This document shows, piece after piece, positions 59,301 through 64,000 of a stretch of 64,000 nucleotides of DNA. This DNA is from Trichoplax adhaerens (taxonomy: Eukaryota > Animalia > Placozoa): the NCBI RefSeq assembly GCF_000150275.1, contig NW_002060945.1:5133397-5197396 (forward strand). Reading direction: 5' to 3'. A program made the position numbers and the translations under genes. The notes under the pieces are model-generated. The model worked only from the letters and a program-made list of their open reading frames with translations, did not search any database and was not told the origin of the DNA. Within the stretch, counting starts at the first letter, position 1, and each line of letters starts with the position of its first letter.

Positions 59301-60669
59301 AGGACCAGCATACAGTTGAACGTGCAGAGGTCCATGCTGCAATAAAATATTCAAATTCATACCGTATACCCTACTGTAGACCATATTACAGTACTCGTAC
59401 TGTAGCACAGGAGTTTTCTGTGCTCTGCACACATTAGTGGTATCTATCATTGCAATGCAACATCGTGATGAAAGGCAATTATTTCTCGAGTAGTCCCTGG
59501 CGATGTGTGATAATATATTTATACAGTATATATACTGTACTGTATATATTTATATCAATCATGAATCAGTGCGCTATACTTTGAAAACACGGCCTCTGCA
59601 CAGTACAGTACTGTAGTGTGGCCGAGTGGCAACGTTTATATAAGGCTAATGCATAAAGGGAGAGAACTCTCACTATTATTGTCATGGGCTAAAAGGCCTC
59701 AAAAATTTTCATACAAAGGCGATTTTACTGCAACATAAAATTCGAAATATGACGCAATCGGGCATTAATATCTATCTACCATCTTTCGCAATCTTCAATT
59801 TCAAATGTCCTGTAGTCGTAATATCGGGGTTATTTATACCGTACACAAAAGCATATCGTACTGTATCATGTATTATCGTATTGTCCCTTCATTACGGTAC
59901 AGTACGTGATATGTCGTAGTCATCTATACAGTAACTTACAAATTAAGACAAAAAACTTCACTGAGAAGAACTGCATATGCTGCGTATGATTTATCCATCG
60001 TTTCATATATAAAATTGAAACAGTAGCGTTATTATTTTTAGACATAGCATAGATGCAATGAAATATCATTCAGTTAAATCGTGTATACGCTGAACGATAG
60101 GTAGAAATTGTAGATGCAGTATACAGTACGGTGGCTCAGGCGTATAAAATCAAAAGATGTAACATGTAATGTAAAGTGATATAACGATTGTACTCGAATA
60201 AATCAGCCCGATGATGTCGTTGCTTAATAATGTAACTGTACATATATACAGTATACTCGTATACAGAACACAAATTAAGTACGGTGATATATTGTTATAA
60301 ATCCATCTGTGCGGAGAACTACAGATCTACAGCTGTAATGATGGAGAGCTACTTTTCCGATGAATCTTACTGTAATATTCTTTTTGTGAACTGTTAAGAG
60401 GATTTTAAAAAAACTAACTATTAAATACAATGTTGACTTAAATGGCTTACCGTAGAGTTAGCTAAGCTGTCTTTAGATGAGCTTTTTCGGACCAAACGAA
60501 AACTAGCTGAAGTCGGCATAGTAGGCTTTGGCTTGTTGACCGGACTATTCTTTGGAGAAGTCTCCTGATGACCATTTACTTGTGGCGCTGAGAAGGATAG
60601 AACATTATCATCAGCATCTGAATCAATCGAGACTGATCTTTTCAATTGGCGTTCGCTACTCGCGCTCAT
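44307..60669 (-). CDS. ACC: Acetyl-CoA carboxylase (multidomain eukaryotic BC-BCCP-central-CT), complete, roughly 70 coding exons; first coding exon 60451-60669, stop TAA at 44307-44309
   Basis: Spliced motifs: [33 protein letters not shown]; [26 protein letters not shown]; [16 protein letters not shown]; [15 protein letters not shown]; [15 protein letters not shown]; biotinylation site YAEIE|VMKM; [14 protein letters not shown]; [12 protein letters not shown]; [18 protein letters not shown]; [11 protein letters not shown]; [10 protein letters not shown]; GGVLEPEG. Confidence 0.97.
49570..49646 (-). other. Probable GC-AG intron in the ACC central region
   Basis: CCA GAG|gcaagt...ttacag|TAT AGA GGC ACT GAT TGC gives [17 protein letters not shown], about the spacing of the remembered human LEVAFNNTNVRTDCNH. 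A weaker GT donor (GAA|gtactt) would delete 7 aa. Confidence 0.7.
53423..53528 (-). other. Non-canonical GC-AG intron in ACC directly before the biotin-lysine motif
   Basis: GCT GAA ATT GAG|gcaaga...atttag|GTA ATG AAA ATG. This GC donor restores the conserved AEIEVMKM. Confidence 0.88.
58364..59617. repeat. Clusters of TACAG/CTGTA pentamer repeats and palindromes in ACC intron 1
   Basis: Examples: 58364-58460, 58535-58562, 59022-59086, 59170-59225, the perfect palindrome TACAGTATATATACTGTA at 59522-59539, and 59598-59617. Confidence 0.8.
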
Positions 60670-61032
60670 TAATATTTCGTCTCAGCAATATCTGATTTCA
60701 AAAACTATTCGAAATTAATGGAAACATTTAATGGGATTAATATGACAAAAAATTTAATTTATTACATACAGTGAAGTAGCGTGCTCGTCTTGCTAAAAAT
60801 TACTGTGTTGATAGACACAACCAATGTGTGTATTTACTTACTGTACTTATGCTAAGATGATAAGATTAAAAACTCATATTTCTTGCTAAGATATTCAAGT
60901 ACTAAGAATAAAGTAAAATCAACGAAATAATGGGTTACCGAATGTGCTTGTAAGTGCATAAATTGCTTGTCATTTACCACAAAAAGGTAAAACAGTTGCG
61001 AACTGTTGACAGTGCCAGTGCTGACTGTGAGT

Positions 61033-61088
61033 TGCAATCTGCAAGCGTGCAAACGTGCAAATATGCAAACGTGCAAATCTGCAATCTG
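61033..61088. repeat. Tandem 7-8-nt TGCAAnn(n) array, 7 units
   Basis: TGCAATC TGCAAGCG TGCAAACG TGCAAATA TGCAAACG TGCAAATC TGCAATC TG. Confidence 0.85.
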
Positions 61089-61098
61089 TGCCCTGCCC

Positions 61099-61840
61099 TG
61101 TACAGTACAGTACAGTCGTTAGTCAAGGCTGTACACAGTGTACAGTGTTTAGTACTGTGATTGTACAAAATCATCTGACCAGATACTGTACTGTACTGTA
61201 TGTACAGTACTGTAGACCTGACAGTATGAACTAAACAACTATAAACCGTTTCAGACTATTAATAATTAATTAATTAATTTAAACATTAAAATAAAAAATC
61301 TTTATTTACAGTTAAACTAGCTAGCGGCCAATGAGCTAAGCCTGGCCCTGTTTAATTAAAGATATTTTTTCTTGTTGAGGCTGAGGGTTTAACCTCAGGT
61401 AGAAAGAATAATCCAGAAGCAGTACAGTACAGCAGTGTACGCGTACATAAATTAGCGAAATGCCGTCCCTGAAGCCTGAATGTCCTTGTCACATAAAAAT
61501 AAATAAAGGAATAAATAAAAAAAATTTTCAATAGATTATAGTACAAGGCCGCATGCAAGATCATGCCAGATGCAATGTGCTGCACAAAGGCAAGGACTAC
61601 TACGCTTGAAGTATCGAAACGTTAATAACTAGAGGAAGAAGCCTTTCTTCTTCTAGTAGTCCATGACGACATACGTTATGTGACTCACCTAAAAAAAAAT
61701 TTATTTACGGTTAATAATATTCTTAATTAATATGCTCACATGTACAATACTGTACAGTGTACAGTACCTTGGTCAGTGTGGTGTGGTGACTGTGAACTCC
61801 CCACACGGTACTGTACTGTATGTACTGTACTGTACGTACA
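61099..61840. repeat. TACAG/CTGTA clusters upstream of ACC
   Basis: 61099-61215 (TGTACAGTACAGTACAG, TACTGTACTGTACTGTA), ~61420-61440 and 61741-61840. Confidence 0.75.
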
Positions 61841-61890
61841 ATAACAGCACGTATGTACACATGTTAAATGTTTGTCTACATATCACGTGA
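61776..61890. promoter_or_regulatory. Candidate SREBP/E-box cluster ~1.1-1.2 kb upstream of the ACC ATG
   Basis: ATCACGTGA at 61882-61890; SRE-like GTCACCACACCAC on the minus strand (~61778-61790); ACTCCCCAC at ~61796-61804. Confidence 0.35.
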
Positions 61891-63041
61891 AGCATCAAAT
61901 GCTGATTCGAATGGTATAAGAATAAATTCTGTAAATCACTGAACAAAAAAATTATTAAAAATATTCTTTATGAAGTTCAGTACACTGTAATTTTGTATTT
62001 CGGTCATATTAGAAAATAACTGACCTAAAGTACGCTATTAGAAACTTGTTACCTGAAACTATCGCTGAAGTACCAGCAGTAATGATAATTAATTATAACA
62101 CGTAGTCATTATAGTGGAATAACCGTAGCTGTATAAAGTTTTTAAATATATTATATAGTATGGATAATATGCTAGACCACACTAGTTTTACAAAGTTGCA
62201 GTGCAGATATCGTTATGTTCTCTATCGCGACCCTAGGTCAATCATGCAATACTCGGTTAGACACTGCAAAGTAGCCTGATGCGTGGAGTCCACTTCTTTA
62301 TTCGTATTGTCATTTTGCAATCATACATAACAGATATCACTGAAATAGAACAGAATTGAATGCCCTATACAACATTAAAGTTTGAAGCAATTTCATCGGG
62401 ATTCTAAGTTAGTGCTGTTAGAATCTAGATGAAATCGCTTCAGATTATTCTATTTCAGCGATGTTTGTATAGCAACTATGTAAAGTTGGGGTAGATTAAT
62501 GAGCATCTAACTACCTGCTACGAAGTGATCGCGAGAAGCTAAAATTCTGAGACATTAGTACTGTACTAACTCAACAGAAATGCAAAAGAACAGCTCTAAG
62601 GTGCAGTATTTAAATTTTTACATTTCTGCACAAATGGGTTATCCACACAAGAATACCTTGTTAAAAAATACTTTAGTTAAGAACATTTTATATCCACGGG
62701 TCACCCAGCTTTTGCAAATAGACCGACACTTTGAATCTTCGTAGTTGGGTAGTTAGACATGGTGTTTATTTTGGCACCGCTAGAATCTTGCAATGTAGTA
62801 CAATTGGGCTCGCACGATAAACAAGACGCTAAGGATTTAGGATGGGTTTATTTCAAGATGAAGACAAGAGCAACATGAGCCACACATACGAGATTAATAG
62901 AACGAATTCTTGATATAAAAGTAGCGATATTATGACATTGAATACATAGTTATGATCACGATAAACATAATACAAGCGGAATAGGATTGTATATGTTCGC
63001 ATTTAACTATAAACTGGAAAACTAGAAATCTGTGACATGGA

Positions 63042-63878
63042 TCAGGGTTTCTTAAGTATGCCAGTATATTTCATAATCAAACGTACAGTCTCTCGATAGA
63101 CCTTCGTAGCAGAATTAAGCCCCCATATGAAGTCTAAGTGTTCATAATCCGATAATGTCCTGTTAAAAACAAGATTGGGAATCTTGGACAACAATGACTT
63201 GACATCAGTAGGGTCTGCTAAGAAATCATGGCCACCACTAAATACCGCCGTTGGTACGTGCATTTTATTCACATGGTAAATGGGAGGAGTAGTCTAGAAC
63301 AAGATAGCATGATAAATTATATCGATAGGAGAGCAAAAATTGGATATATATAAGCTGAGTTAAATATTTAGGATTACATGATAAATTGCGTTAAGGTCAG
63401 TAGGTGAGCAAAAAAAGAATACCTATCAGCTGGGACAAATACTTAAGATTTCGTACCTGATCATAATGAAGTTTGTTCTCATGTTTGTTACCGAAATCGA
63501 ACATCTGAAATTTCTTTGATAAATACATCTGCAAAAATATCATATTAAATGTGATTTCAAGCCTTAATAGTAAGAGAAAACTTTATAAAGCTATTCACAT
63601 TAATAAATATTATAATATAAATTTTATATCATTATGACAAAATTAAGCTTGATAAAACATCGCTATCTTATCATTGCTAAATAGCTAATAAACTGCTATC
63701 AATAATACGATCATAGCATTATTTATCTAACTAAATTAAATATCTATAGTAGGTACAATAATACACTTTAGTAACAGTACAGACTACAGCGTATCAATCT
63801 ACAAACCTGAGCAAAATGTAACATATTGCGGACTGATGTACCAGCTGGTGTATGGGATAAGTAAACTGGAAGACGTGT
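63042..63878 (-). CDS. Second acid lipase paralog, last three exons (63807-63878, 63457-63528, 63042-63293); the rest lies beyond the window
   Basis: [24 protein letters not shown] | MYLSKKFQMFDFGNKHENKLHYDQ | TTPPIYHVNKMHVPTAVFSGGHDFLADPTDV...YEHLDFIWGLNS. Same 72/72-nt exon layout as the lipase at 39323-43027. Confidence 0.93.
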
Positions 63879-64000
63879 CTATAAAATTACAAGAGATATA
63901 AGATAAGATTCAAAAAAATTGAAAAAGAGTTGCAGTTACTTTACATGAGGTTTTAGCTTTTATAACCTCTTCTAGTAACTATAGCATATTTTACAAGAGT

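Noticed and set aside
58325-59437. Tyr/Cys/Thr/Val-rich ORFs (YCTVLY repeats), also at 60852-61174
   Set aside because: These are translations of the TACAG/CTGTA and TGCAA simple repeats. Only the first ~15 codons of 58325-58699 are kept as a speculative exon.

Overview
AT-rich eukaryotic (animal) genomic DNA with many short spliceosomal introns. The compact intron-dense genes, very divergent bilaterian-type proteins and TACAG/CTGTA simple repeats suggest a placozoan such as Trichoplax; this is inference only. Five multi-exon protein genes were assembled by hand, and most ORF-track entries are exon fragments or noise. (1) The 3' part of a MEK1/2 kinase (+, 106-1352). (2) A neuron navigator/UNC-53 gene with CH domain, SxIP motifs, coiled coils and AAA+ domain (-, 4025 to ~34264, possibly 35731). 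(3) A complete acid lipase (-, 39323-43027). (4) A complete acetyl-CoA carboxylase of roughly 70 exons (-, 44307-60669). (5) The 3' end of a second acid lipase paralog (-, 63042 to beyond the window). The main unannotated signal is four 545-631 bp elements in NAV introns with TG...CA ends and 5-bp target-site duplications (perfect in two, degraded in two), i.e. solo LTRs of two related subfamilies. Two of them form an inverted pair bracketing the SxIP-encoding NAV exons. Other points: a degenerate NAV Walker A with a canonical Walker B, two GC-AG introns in ACC, conserved AMPK/Snf1-type sites, SREBP-type elements upstream of ACC, and a lipase-ACC-lipase arrangement.
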